Source: a virus. Taken from it: a DNA stretch of 64,000 bases. The stretch covers positions 1-64,000 of the IMG/VR virus record IMGVR_UViG_3300011113_000581; one strand, 5' to 3'. The position numbers were made by a program, and so were the translations under genes. This document shows, piece by piece, positions 48,579 to 57,526 of this stretch (its first letter is position 1; the number at the start of each line of letters is the position of its first letter). Under the pieces are notes generated by a model that was given only the letters and a program-made list of their open reading frames with translations, was not told the DNA's origin and did no database searches.

Positions 48579-48653
48579 TGCCGACGACAGGATTCGAACC
48601 TGCACTTGAGTGATTTTAAGTCACTTACCTTCTTCCAATTGGGTTACGTCGGC
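48579..48653 (-). tRNA. trnL: tRNA-Leu(UAA), short variable loop, CCA not encoded
   Basis: GCCGACG/CGTCGGC acceptor, AGTGA-CTTAAAA-TCACT anticodon arm, GCAGG-TTCGAAT-CCTGT T arm, discriminator A. Confidence 0.9.
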
Positions 48654-48911
48654 ATTACTTGGATTTACACTCACATCTATTGATGTGTGATACCAAGTGT
48701 GATCATGAGGTAATGGTTCACAGCCGTAGTCCCACGTATCGTAATCATCTTCGTTACGTGGATCCTCAATCAATATGTATTGAGGTGAATGATCATGGAT
48801 GTATTCACCAAGGTTTGCCATGGCCATGGCAAGTAATTGTTCGTCTGTGTAGTTAGTCATTGGGTGTGACCCGCCCTATTGTCGAGGATAGGACGGGTCA
48901 GCCTGTGGGGG

Positions 48912-50666
48912 CTATGCAGATGCTAGCGCAGATTCGCGTTTGGTCAACGCTTTACTGAAAGCAGTTGTGTAAAGCTCACGTTCCTCATCCGTAAGCCTGG
49001 CATTACCAATACCAGCGATCTGTTTGACAGACATCATACCCATGTTTACTTCTAGTTGAATGGTAAACATTGGTTTGCCATCAATCATGCACAACACAAT
49101 GAAGTGTTTCTTTTTACGAACACCATCTGCATAACCACTGGCACTACCGACGCAATTACGTACGGCTTGTCCCCAAGCAGCTAGTTGATGCGTGTCAACT
49201 GGCTGGAAGAATGTCCACTTGCTGGAACCAAGTTCAAGTTTGACTGGTTCAGGAAACAAATCTTGGGGTAGTGATTCATTTTTGTTCTTAACTTTCCAGG
49301 CAACAGATTGGATGTGATCATGGAACTCCATAAGTCTCCAACGTTTTGGAACGTCAAGAGTCAATGGTTCTGTTGCGCACTCGTTGTGTGCAAGTACAGT
49401 ATCTAACATTGAAATAGTATCACCCCAGTTGGAATAATAAAAACGTGGATGCTGCAATTCTTCATCGTAAGTAAAACGAGTACGTGTGCTATTCATTTCT
49501 TTATCATATTCTTTTTCAAGGATAGAAAAGAAAGAAGCAACAGGCATATGTTTGTTTAACCAAGCTTGTGTTAGAAGTGAGCCATAACGTGTTGATTGAA
49601 AACTCAACAATTGATTAATGTGAGATTGATAATAATCAATAGGGCAGTTAGGCCAAACTTCATACACCCAATTAATCGTATTAAACAAAACATGGATTTG
49701 AGACCATGGTGCACGAATAGATTTAAGCAGTTGATTTTTAGAATTATAAAAGCTTGCATTAACTTCATCACATTTTGCTTGAATCCATTTTTTGAAGAAT
49801 GGAGTAGCAATAATGTGTAGTAGTTTATTTAGCCTTCGATAAATATCACCGTCATAACCACTACCGTGTGCATAGTGAGTAATAAGTTTGAACAATAAGT
49901 CATATGAAATTACAGCTTTAGTAATGTCATGTTGCTGCCAATAATCTTTGCATTGGTGTCCGTAACGATAGTCATTAGTAAAGATTACGCAAGCTGGATT
50001 GATTGCCTGGAGCCGAGCAAAGGTTGATCGACTATCAGACCACATAGGAATAGTGTTAAACAGTTGATCTTCAAATCCTTTTAGTTGTTGAGACAAGTTG
50101 CCAGACTTTTTATAATAGCTTTGAACACTTGGAATGTTCCAGTTTTTAGCATCGTGACCATCAATAATATCTTGTTTAGTTACTAGTTCGTTGTATGTAA
50201 AATATTGAACTCGACCAACATGATATGTAAATAGTTTGTTTGGATTGTCAATATTTAAATGTTGACGAATCTTATGTGGAAGCATCCTGTGTGCAGATGC
50301 ATTGTCTTTGAATGCATATGAGTAGCCATAAACATATTGATTTTCTTGTCCTTTGGGTGGTAACCATGCTGCATACCACACTTGCTCAAAGTGATACAAG
50401 ATTGCGTACGGTGTTACTACACGATCAATAATTCGTGTGAACAGTTGATAACGATCAGGTGCTGCCTGTGAGTTAATATTGTCAATAGCATCGTTATACA
50501 ATGATGCTGGCAATACTTCAGTTGGAATAAGTTGATTAGGTTTACCTAGTGGATGTGTAGCTTTCTTAGTTTTGTTAGTTGTTTTCTGCTGTTTAGCCAA
50601 TGCTTTAAGAGCTGGGTCATACGCCATCAACTCTTGTTGCAGTTGAGCAGGAAGACGGAATTGCAT
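48912..50666 (-). CDS. PcfJ-like domain protein
   Basis: C-terminal EFHD...GQAVRNCVGS..Y...FTIQL...QIAG..N. Confidence 0.65.
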   Translation of the reverse strand: MQFRLPAQLQQELMAYDPALKALAKQQKTTNKTKKATHPLGKPNQLIPTEVLPASLYNDAIDNINSQAAPDRYQLFTRIIDRVVTPYAILYHFEQVWYAAWLPPKGQENQYVYGYSYAFKDNASAHRMLPHKIRQHLNIDNPNKLFTYHVGRVQYFTYNELVTKQDIIDGHDAKNWNIPSVQSYYKKSGNLSQQLKGFEDQLFNTIPMWSDSRSTFARLQAINPACVIFTNDYRYGHQCKDYWQQHDITKAVISYDLLFKLITHYAHGSGYDGDIYRRLNKLLHIIATPFFKKWIQAKCDEVNASFYNSKNQLLKSIRAPWSQIHVLFNTINWVYEVWPNCPIDYYQSHINQLLSFQSTRYGSLLTQAWLNKHMPVASFFSILEKEYDKEMNSTRTRFTYDEELQHPRFYYSNWGDTISMLDTVLAHNECATEPLTLDVPKRWRLMEFHDHIQSVAWKVKNKNESLPQDLFPEPVKLELGSSKWTFFQPVDTHQLAAWGQAVRNCVGSASGYADGVRKKKHFIVLCMIDGKPMFTIQLEVNMGMMSVKQIAGIGNARLTDEERELYTTAFSKALTKRESALASA

Positions 50667-50693
50667 AGTGAGTTCGGAGTGAGTGTGTGGTGT

Positions 50694-50723
50694 TGAGCAG
50701 TTTAACGTCATGCTCAGGACGTT
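50694..50723 (-). ncRNA. Family A pseudoknot element, copy 5
   Basis: AACGUC-C-UGAGCA-U-GACGUU-AAAC-UGCUCA; both stems fully Watson-Crick. Confidence 0.85.
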
Positions 50724-51494
50724 GGATCAGATGCGCATTATTTCTTCACCATTACGGGTAAAGACAATGGCATCATCATAATCATCCATGTACTCTTGCA
50801 AAGTCATGGTCTTGTCTGGTGTAAAGACAGGCATCTGGTTTGCAAACCCAAATGCACTATATACACGACCTTTAGGACCACGGATAACAAGGTACCAACG
50901 TTTAAATTCAATAGAGAAACCAATCATGATTAATAGTAATCAGAGTTGTCTACAACGATAGGATGCCACTGGAGACCCAAGCTGTTAAGGTAGTCAATAA
51001 AGCTGCCTTCGTTAGTTGGAATAGTTTGGTCAGCATCAACATAGAAAGATGCTTGACATAATCCAGGAACATATTCAGGTGGATCAATATGCGTTGCTTG
51101 ATATTTGAGATGTGCATCTTCAACCATTGCAGTAACTGTGACATGATCATCTTTGATGGTTGTTTCTTCAATTGAAATAATTGACATGAGTAGTGTGAAT
51201 AGATGAAGTGTTGTTGTTACTAATAGTATCTACGTGGTACAGGTTTTGAGGGGGGTCCTAGGGGGGATTATTTGTTTGCAGTAGTTAGTTGCTCTGTTTT
51301 AGCAAACATTCCATTAGGACCATACTTCTCAACAACATCAGGAAATGTGTCGAGTAAACGCTGACGGTTTTTAGGATCTGCATATCGGAGAGCAAGTCCC
51401 AATGCAGAGATGAATGAACCACCCATAGTTTCCATACGGGTGACAAGTTCAGTGAATTGAATTGGTGTCATAGTTGTTAAGGTTGAGGTGAATG

Positions 51495-51533
51495 CTGGGA
51501 CTTACACACTATACTTACGTTAGTGATGCCCAG
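51495..51533 (-). ncRNA. Family B internal-loop hairpin, copy 2
   Basis: CUGGG-CAU-CACUA...UAGUG-UGUAAGU-CCCAG. Confidence 0.75.
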
Positions 51534-51540
51534 TGTTTCT

Positions 51541-51744
51541 TTAAAATAATTTAATATTTCGTTTACTCAATCCTGTGCCTGGGATACTAATAGATCCAAG
51601 GACACCAGATTTGCGAGCGTTAAGTGTTAGCTGGAATGGACCAAGTTTGAATGATTTGGTATACGATTTGATACCATGTTCAGTTAAGTTAAAGCCAGCG
51701 ATAGTGCGGTCAAAGTTAATAGGTGATTTCTTTGTCATTACCAA
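51541..51744 (-). CDS. Small basic protein (DUF4236-like)
   Basis: KSFKLGPFQLTL...SISIPGTGLS. Confidence 0.55.
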   Translation of the reverse strand: MVMTKKSPINFDRTIAGFNLTEHGIKSYTKSFKLGPFQLTLNARKSGVLGSISIPGTGLSKRNIKLF

Positions 51745-52660
51745 TCTCCATTACTAAAAGATTGAGTTACAACAAATGAAAGACTAAAAGCTTCTTCTTC
51801 AATTTCATTATCATCTGGTGTATAGTATCGAGCTTCAAAGCCACCAGATCCTGTTGTCTTACATTCAATAGCTCGATATAAAAGATTACGACATGAATTT
51901 TTCATGCGATTAATAGTTGGTACAGAGTGACCAGGCTCACCAATTGTATTAACCCATTTCCAATCCAAGGCATGCATTGTAATCAAAACTTTCTCAAAGT
52001 TAAAACGTTCGAGAAGATCTTCGATGAGTTCGGATTGATGATCAGTAATTGTGAAAGTCATACTGATTTAATGAATTGAATGATTAAGTATGTGCCACAT
52101 ATAAAGAATGTGCACAATACAAATGCTTCAGGCCAGCTCATGGTTTGTTGTAGATAGTTCCTTTACGTTTGTAAAGGTCAAACCCTTCCATTGTCTTGGT
52201 GTCAAGAAATGTCCAAGGCCCAATGTTGGCACAGCCAATTAAGTAGTAGAACCGATAGAAGCCTGGGTTTTCATCCCACTCTTCATCGGTACACATGAGT
52301 TTAGATCCAACGCCAAGACTATTCTTGCGTTGGGTAACCCATATGTCACCTGGCTGAGCAGGCAGGTGACGTGTATTAGGTTGAGTCTTTGTTTGAGTCT
52401 TTGGTTTAGTTATGGTCATTGCAGATCTCCAGGTATGAGTGCATTGGTGTCTTCATCAGACATATTTGTCATAACAAATTTATTTCCATCGGCGTCTACA
52501 AAGCCGCCGACAAAACCAATACCATGTCGATCAGCAGATTCTTTCATCTTGGCAACGATTGACATAGCTTGCAATCGCTGACTATCAATTGCATCAGGGA
52601 TGCGTGGTTTAGGTGCGTCGTTAAGTGCGGTCATAGTGAATTAAGTGTGGAATAGTTGAG

Positions 52661-52705
52661 CAAGCTGGGACTTACACGCTTTCTGTCAGAACGATGCCCA
52701 GCTTG
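52661..52705 (-). ncRNA. Family B internal-loop hairpin, copy 3
   Basis: CAAGCUGGG-CAU-CG...CG-UGUAAGU-CCCAGCUUG. Confidence 0.75.
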
Positions 52706-52803
52706 TGTTCATAAGCTTACTACTCTCTGTCAAGGGTAAGCACCCCGTTCATGAGTTGTAACACTCACGTTGAGGGTGAAAGCTTATTGAGAATAGTTCG
52801 CAA

Positions 52804-53127
52804 TTACCGATGCATCTCTTGATGTTCTTTCCATGCAGCGGCATGCATCTCAGCCATGGTAATAGGTGGTTCACCATAAGAATCTTCTGGCTCACCAGGC
52901 CATTCAATTGCTTTCTCTAGGTAGCCAATAGCTTCCAATAGATATTCATCTGAACCATACGGAAGATCGTTGTATCCCATAGGACGTTTCTCTTCTCGTT
53001 GGTAGATAGCTTTAAGTTCTTCGATGATTAGCGTGATGCGCATATCATCGTTGAGGCGTGGGGTGTATTCACTGCCATCGTGACGAGTATACGTCTGGCT
53101 AGTGAAGTAAAGTTCGTGTTTGCCCAT
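52804..53127 (-). CDS. Hypothetical protein
   Basis: GEPPITMAEMH..AWK. Confidence 0.65.
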   Translation of the reverse strand: MGKHELYFTSQTYTRHDGSEYTPRLNDDMRITLIIEELKAIYQREEKRPMGYNDLPYGSDEYLLEAIGYLEKAIEWPGEPEDSYGEPPITMAEMHAAAWKEHQEMHR

Positions 53128-53155
53128 AGTGTGATTGCTGTAGGTTTGGGTTGAT

Positions 53156-53196
53156 GCTGGGACTTACACCACGTACTTATGTAGTGGATGCCCAGC
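53156..53196 (-). ncRNA. Family B internal-loop hairpin, copy 4
   Basis: GCUGGG-CAU-CCAC...GUGG-UGUAAGU-CCCAGC. Confidence 0.75.
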
Positions 53197-53261
53197 TTGT
53201 AGTATTGGCACTATTACCAATACATGGGTAGTATTGGCAAATCTTACGTGCTATTCAATAT

Positions 53262-53615
53262 TTAAATTAGACCAAGCAATGAGAGCCAGGAGTCTGGATG
53301 GTCGGGTTCTACTTCGTCATCACCTGGGGTGAAACAGACTGAGTCGAACGCCCACTCCTCAATGTCCTCGTTGCTTGGGATTTCGTACCAACCCTGGAGG
53401 TCTTCGTCAGCGTACTTGGGTTTCCAGTAGAGCTGGAGTACGCCATGCTTGTCGCGGTAAACGCTGCCGTTTTTGGGGTAGGTGCTGAGGTCTCCAAGCT
53501 TGATTCCCTTTGGATCAAAGGTGATGTCAGCTTGGAACTGCTCTGTTCCTTCTTCTTCTGAGAAGGGAACATAACCGAAGGACTCAGCGATTTGTTGGGT
53601 GACGGGGTGAAGCAT
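53262..53615 (-). CDS. Hypothetical protein
   Basis: EEW..DSVC.TP..D.VEPD...SWL..LGLI. Confidence 0.65.
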   Translation of the reverse strand: MLHPVTQQIAESFGYVPFSEEEGTEQFQADITFDPKGIKLGDLSTYPKNGSVYRDKHGVLQLYWKPKYADEDLQGWYEIPSNEDIEEWAFDSVCFTPGDDEVEPDHPDSWLSLLGLI

Positions 53616-53910
53616 AAGATTAGTTCTGTGATAAGGATGGAAATGATTGCGATGATGTGAATAAACACATCGTCTTCATGTTGTGTAATTGGTTGATTAG
53701 TCATAGTTAGAAATTACGTAACGTTCGTTGTAATAATCACAAGCATTGCGTTCGGCACTAGAGATTTCATCAATGCCATCCCATTCGCTTTGCTCGGATT
53801 CACGCATAGCTTGCTCTTGCTGGTACGCAAAATCAGCCCATGCATCTAGAAAATCTGCATTGTAGTTCTCATCAAATGGTTGAGTTGTCATGCAATGAAT
53901 TGACAAAGGA

Positions 53911-53939
53911 CTAAGCAGTTTAACGTCATACTCAGGACG
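53911..53939 (-). ncRNA. Family A pseudoknot element, copy 6
   Basis: CGUC-C-UGAGUA-U-GACG-UUAAAC-UGCUUA. Confidence 0.8.
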
Positions 53940-55454
53940 AGTATCAGGAACATGAATAAATGACGTTTATCAGGATTACAAGTAATAGTTAATCAAATGG
54001 CACAAAATCTGTATCTTCTATAAGTTTTGAAATGTGGATACAATCTTCTTTAATAGCTTCTTCATCACCATCCCATTCGCTAGTCTGGTTCTCAATTACT
54101 TCGCATCCAATATCTTCCAGTTGATCAGTAAATGATTTCCAACTGTTTGAGTTGCCGTAAACATGAGCGTAGCGCCCAGTTTGATCAGCAACAAGTGCTA
54201 CGTATGTCATAGGTTGAGTTTCTGGTAGTGTGAATGGTCTTTGTTCAAAGGCCATTAACTTTGCAGTGATGGCTCGTAGATCATGATCAGATAGTTCTCC
54301 GTTAGATCTCCATTTCAACGAGGTGTTGTTGCATTGTGTCGTTGTGTTGACCACTGGAGTAACGGTTTGGTGAAATCGGTACCAAGCATAGCGCCCGTTA
54401 ATACAAACACAATGCCAGTAACAATGGTCACAGATAAGAAGTTACAAAAGTAACGACTTAGTCTGTGCTGCTGGTACTCAGGGTACATATCAGTGTGAAT
54501 GAATTGTTTGGGTCCAAGTTTAGTAATCTGTTTCATAATAGTTGTGTCAATGTAAAGGGAATCAACCTGACGGTTGATGGGGGGACTAGTACTACTGTAC
54601 TACGTTGCGGTAGGCAGGAGGGGAGGGGAGATCTCCTGCAGAAAACCCACTCATCATTGATGAGAAGGGTTAAGTGCAGGAATCAATCGTCAAGATGCTC
54701 TTGTTCCCATTTAATAAGAGCGTGGTTTAATCTCACCTTTCGTTCAAGTACCACGCAAAAAGGAACAATATCTTGAAATTCTGTTAGGCCATCTTGCCAT
54801 TTATAAAAGATCTCTAATGCAGCTTGGCGCTGCTGTTCAATCTCCTGGTCAATAACATTGTCTCTACGTGCAAGAAGACGAGCTTCTTGGGTGAGGAGAC
54901 GTTCAACAGCTTTAGGAGTCATGATGAATCCAGGTGGAGTTGCGTTAAGTTGTGCAGATGTAAAGTCTGCAGAAACCCATCTTGTTACAGATGGGAAATT
55001 GCAGACATTGTGTTAGTCGGCCATTGCTTGACGCCGTTCACACTCCATAGTTTGGCAATAGTTGTAGTAATCCACCATCGCAGCATGCATCTCTGACATG
55101 CCACTGGGAATACCACTGCCAAGAGTCTGAACAGCTCGATCCCACCAATGTCCATCAATGCATTGTTGCTCGTAATGAAGCTGAGTTGATTCACCACCAT
55201 ACCAGACGACACGATCGCTGGAATTAACAAGAGGTTGATAGATAAACATGAGTTGAGTAAGTAAATTAACGATGAACAGGGGGGACTTTCGGCATAATCG
55301 CATTAGCAAGTGCAAAGCGAACAGCCTTGATTGTTGTTCCCACCTTCTCTTTGCTTTGGTCACGCTCCAGCCTATTAGCTGTAGCTACCAGTAATGACGC
55401 AATTGATTTGCGAATAGCCATGAGTAACATAAGCCACTCTTAGTGAGTGGCAAT

Positions 55455-55501
55455 AACTGCCAGGGGAGTTGAACCCCTGGTACGGCCTAGAACCGTCAGT
55501 T
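55455..55501 (-). ncRNA. Family C tRNA-mimic element, copy 1
   Basis: AACUG-[ACGG/CCGU hairpin]-CCAGGGG-UUCAACU-CCCCUGG-CAGUU. Confidence 0.75.
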
Positions 55502-55701
55502 TGTGCGATAGCCATTAGCTGCGCACCAAGCCATATGGACTTGATGCTTATCAGCAGGCCATGCATGTGTGCTGCATTGTTGTGCAGTAGCTTTGTCAAG
55601 CTGGTGCACGGTTACTTGTGATGCAATACCAAAGATTGCAAGTGTAATAGCAATTGACTTGATCATTGAGTTGAAGTAAGCCACACTCAGTGTGTAGCAA
55701 T

Positions 55702-55748
55702 AACTGTGGGAGGGTTTGCACCTCCCAACCCGCTTTAACGGATCAGTT
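55702..55748 (-). ncRNA. Family C tRNA-mimic element, copy 2
   Basis: AACUG-AUCCGU-UAAA-GCGGGU-UGGGAGG-UGCAAAC-CCUCCCA-CAGUU. Confidence 0.8.
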
Positions 55749-55895
55749 GCGAACTAATTCCTCACTAACGAGGAACCGTTCACCTTCCCCTGGTTCTTGG
55801 GATTGAACATATTTGTCAGCCGCTTCACGGCTAGCAAATACACCCAAGAAGTGATCCTGGTACAGATCACAGAGGATAACAACGTAAACCGACAT
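55743..55895 (-). CDS. 50-aa early protein (not in ORF track)
   Basis: AGGAG SD 6 nt before ATG; MSVYVVILCDLYQDHFLGVFASREAADKY...LVRN. Confidence 0.65.
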   Translation of the reverse strand: MSVYVVILCDLYQDHFLGVFASREAADKYVQSQEPGEGERFLVSEELVRN

Positions 55896-55938
55896 GGTTT
55901 ACTCCTGTTATGCGGTACCCATCTCCGCTGGGGGTAAT

Positions 55939-55985
55939 AACTGGGACAGGGTTTGCACCTGTCCACCCGCTTTAACGGATCAGTT
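55939..55985 (-). ncRNA. Family C tRNA-mimic element, copy 3
   Basis: AACUG-AUCCGU-UAAA-GCGGGU-GGACAGG-UGCAAAC-CCUGUCC-CAGUU. Confidence 0.8.
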
Positions 55986-56153
55986 GCTACGCACAATGCG
56001 CAGCTTTGGGTCTTGCTTACAAGCAAAAGATATTTGCTGAGGCGTTGCCGCCTCGCAAATGTAGTTGGGGTCACCCCCAAAAAACTTGTTGGTGACGCAT
56101 GTCACCTTCATGTCATCCATACGGATGACAAAGTAAAGATTGTTAAGGTTCAC
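55980..56153 (-). CDS. Small early protein (GTG start)
   Basis: AGGAG SD in repeat; ends RIVRSN-TGA inside the family C element. Confidence 0.55.
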   Translation of the reverse strand: MNLNNLYFVIRMDDMKVTCVTNKFFGGDPNYICEAATPQQISFACKQDPKLRIVRSN

Positions 56154-56196
56154 AGGAATCTCCTGTTGTGCGGTACCCATCTCCGCTGGGGGTAAT

Positions 56197-56235
56197 GCCT
56201 GGGGCTGGAGTCGAACCAGCCCTACACCTTCAGGC
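56197..56235 (-). ncRNA. Family C tRNA-mimic element, copy 4
   Basis: GCCUG-AAGGUGUA-GGGCUGG-UUCGACU-CCAGCCC-CAGGC. Confidence 0.75.
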
Positions 56236-56457
56236 GGGATCAAATGGAGAAACCCATACCAAATCTTGAGGATCCAGTAAATACAAACTGCACATAGCGC
56301 AGTAGATCTTGTGTTCATCCCACTGCGCAGCAGTTGGATCTAGTTTCACCAATTCCATGAACTGATCAACAAACCACTGAGCAGTAACTCCATACACAGG
56401 TGCATCACCAATGGTGTCGCACCCAATAACCTTGTTAGCAATGTTGAGAAGAGTCAT
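56230..56457 (-). CDS. Small early protein
   Basis: 75-aa ORF between family A copy 7 and family C copy 4. Confidence 0.6.
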   Translation of the reverse strand: MTLLNIANKVIGCDTIGDAPVYGVTAQWFVDQFMELVKLDPTAAQWDEHKIYCAMCSLYLLDPQDLVWVSPFDPA

Positions 56458-56485
56458 GATGTTGATAAGTAATTAGAATGAACTT

Positions 56486-56515
56486 GCTACGGTTTAACGT
56501 CCATCAGCTAGACGT
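56486..56515 (-). ncRNA. Family A pseudoknot element, divergent copy 7
   Basis: ACGUC-UAGCUGAUG-GACGU-UAAAC-CGUAGC. Confidence 0.6.
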
Positions 56516-56732
56516 GAATCGCTGAAAACCCTTGCGGCGCAATGGATCTCAACGATTAAACAACGACAGTCATCTCTGAACCGCGGTGTAGCGGGGAGAT
56601 TTCCTGTATCCACACACTTTTCCACAGGCTGTGGAGAACGTAGTCAGATGTGTGGGTTTGCTGACATACGCGTGCAGGTTGAGTGCTGCATGAACCCCTG
56701 CGTCACAAGGACGACAGGGGAAAAGGCAATAG

Positions 56733-57077
56733 TCAGTCCATATAGTTAACGGAGCCAAACTTCCAATCTGGGTAAAAGTGTTTCTCCCACAGATCAGGGG
56801 TTATAGTTCCCTTAGCAAGGACTTGCTGAACAAGTAACTTCGCTCGCTCCGGATTCCTTCCGTCGATTGATAAGCCAAGCTTATCGCTCCAACGGATGTA
56901 AACCCTGGAGCCGAAGCTCCACACCTTTGCGTAATCCTTCAGCCGCCATACGCGGCTAGTGTTGCTGGCGTAAGTTGTTGCTGTTGTCACGGTTGCTGTT
57001 GTCATTGAACTAACTTGCAATGGAATTCCTGCGTTGCACGGATGCGCAGCCCCCGTTACACTTATATACCTACCCAC
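56733..57077 (-). CDS. Small early protein
   Basis: Probable start MTTATV at 57005. Confidence 0.55.
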   Translation of the reverse strand: MGRYISVTGAAHPCNAGIPLQVSSMTTATVTTATTYASNTSRVWRLKDYAKVWSFGSRVYIRWSDKLGLSIDGRNPERAKLLVQQVLAKGTITPDLWEKHFYPDWKFGSVNYMD

Positions 57078-57313
57078 CTATTCTTTTTTTTCTACCCACA
57101 ATTCACTACGTATAGGTGTGTGGAGAACAGTCAGATAATTATTTCCCCAAACAGGTCAAAAAGTTGGCACCCTCATTTGAAATAATAGGTATTTATACTC
57201 AAAAAATATATAAAATACCCATTTGTATGTTAAAAGTCCACTTAGTCCAAATTTTGAGACAAAAATGCCGGGGTTGTTTATGCCCCGGCGTGTTTAATAA
57301 GTTTTAATTATGT

Positions 57314-57526
57314 TTACTTTTGTTTTTTACTCATGTAAGCCTTGGTTACATTCACTGCTTTTTTAAATGCATCTTCATCTGGAAGCTCATATGCCAATTC
57401 TTTCTTTGCTTCTGTTACAAAATCACGTACTTCAAAGGAATCTCGTCCCTCTTTAGCCATATTTAAAGCCCTATTTTTAATTTTTTCCAGGGCTTCGACT
57501 CGTTTTTGGCGCACTCCTGCGTCCAT
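57314..57526 (-). CDS. Hypothetical protein
   Basis: 70-aa ORF followed by GCCGGGG/CCCCGGC hairpin near 57267-57289. Confidence 0.6.
   Translation of the reverse strand: MDAGVRQKRVEALEKIKNRALNMAKEGRDSFEVRDFVTEAKKELAYELPDEDAFKKAVNVTKAYMSKKQK

Larger units (their letters stand above)
55902..56196 (-). repeat. 37-bp direct repeat (55902-55938 and 56160-56196) containing a Shine-Dalgarno sequence
   Basis: CTCCTGTT(A/G)TGCGGTACCCATCTCCGCTGGGGGTAAT, one mismatch. Confidence 0.9.

Noticed and set aside
55455-56235. Integron attC cassette array (AAC...GTT ends, stop codon in the left end)
   Set aside because: Ends do not fit RYYYAAC/GTTRRRY, copy 4 uses GCC/GGC, the fold is branched rather than a single hairpin, and no integrase is in the window.
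55455-56235. SECIS-like or stop-readthrough signal after UGA
   Set aside because: For copies 3 and 4, reading through UGA meets another in-frame stop without fusing to the next ORF; no Sec machinery is visible.
37891-56515. CRISPR array
   Set aside because: Repeats are separated by whole genes at irregular distances; the PD-(D/E)XK nuclease is an ordinary phage exonuclease and there is no cas operon.
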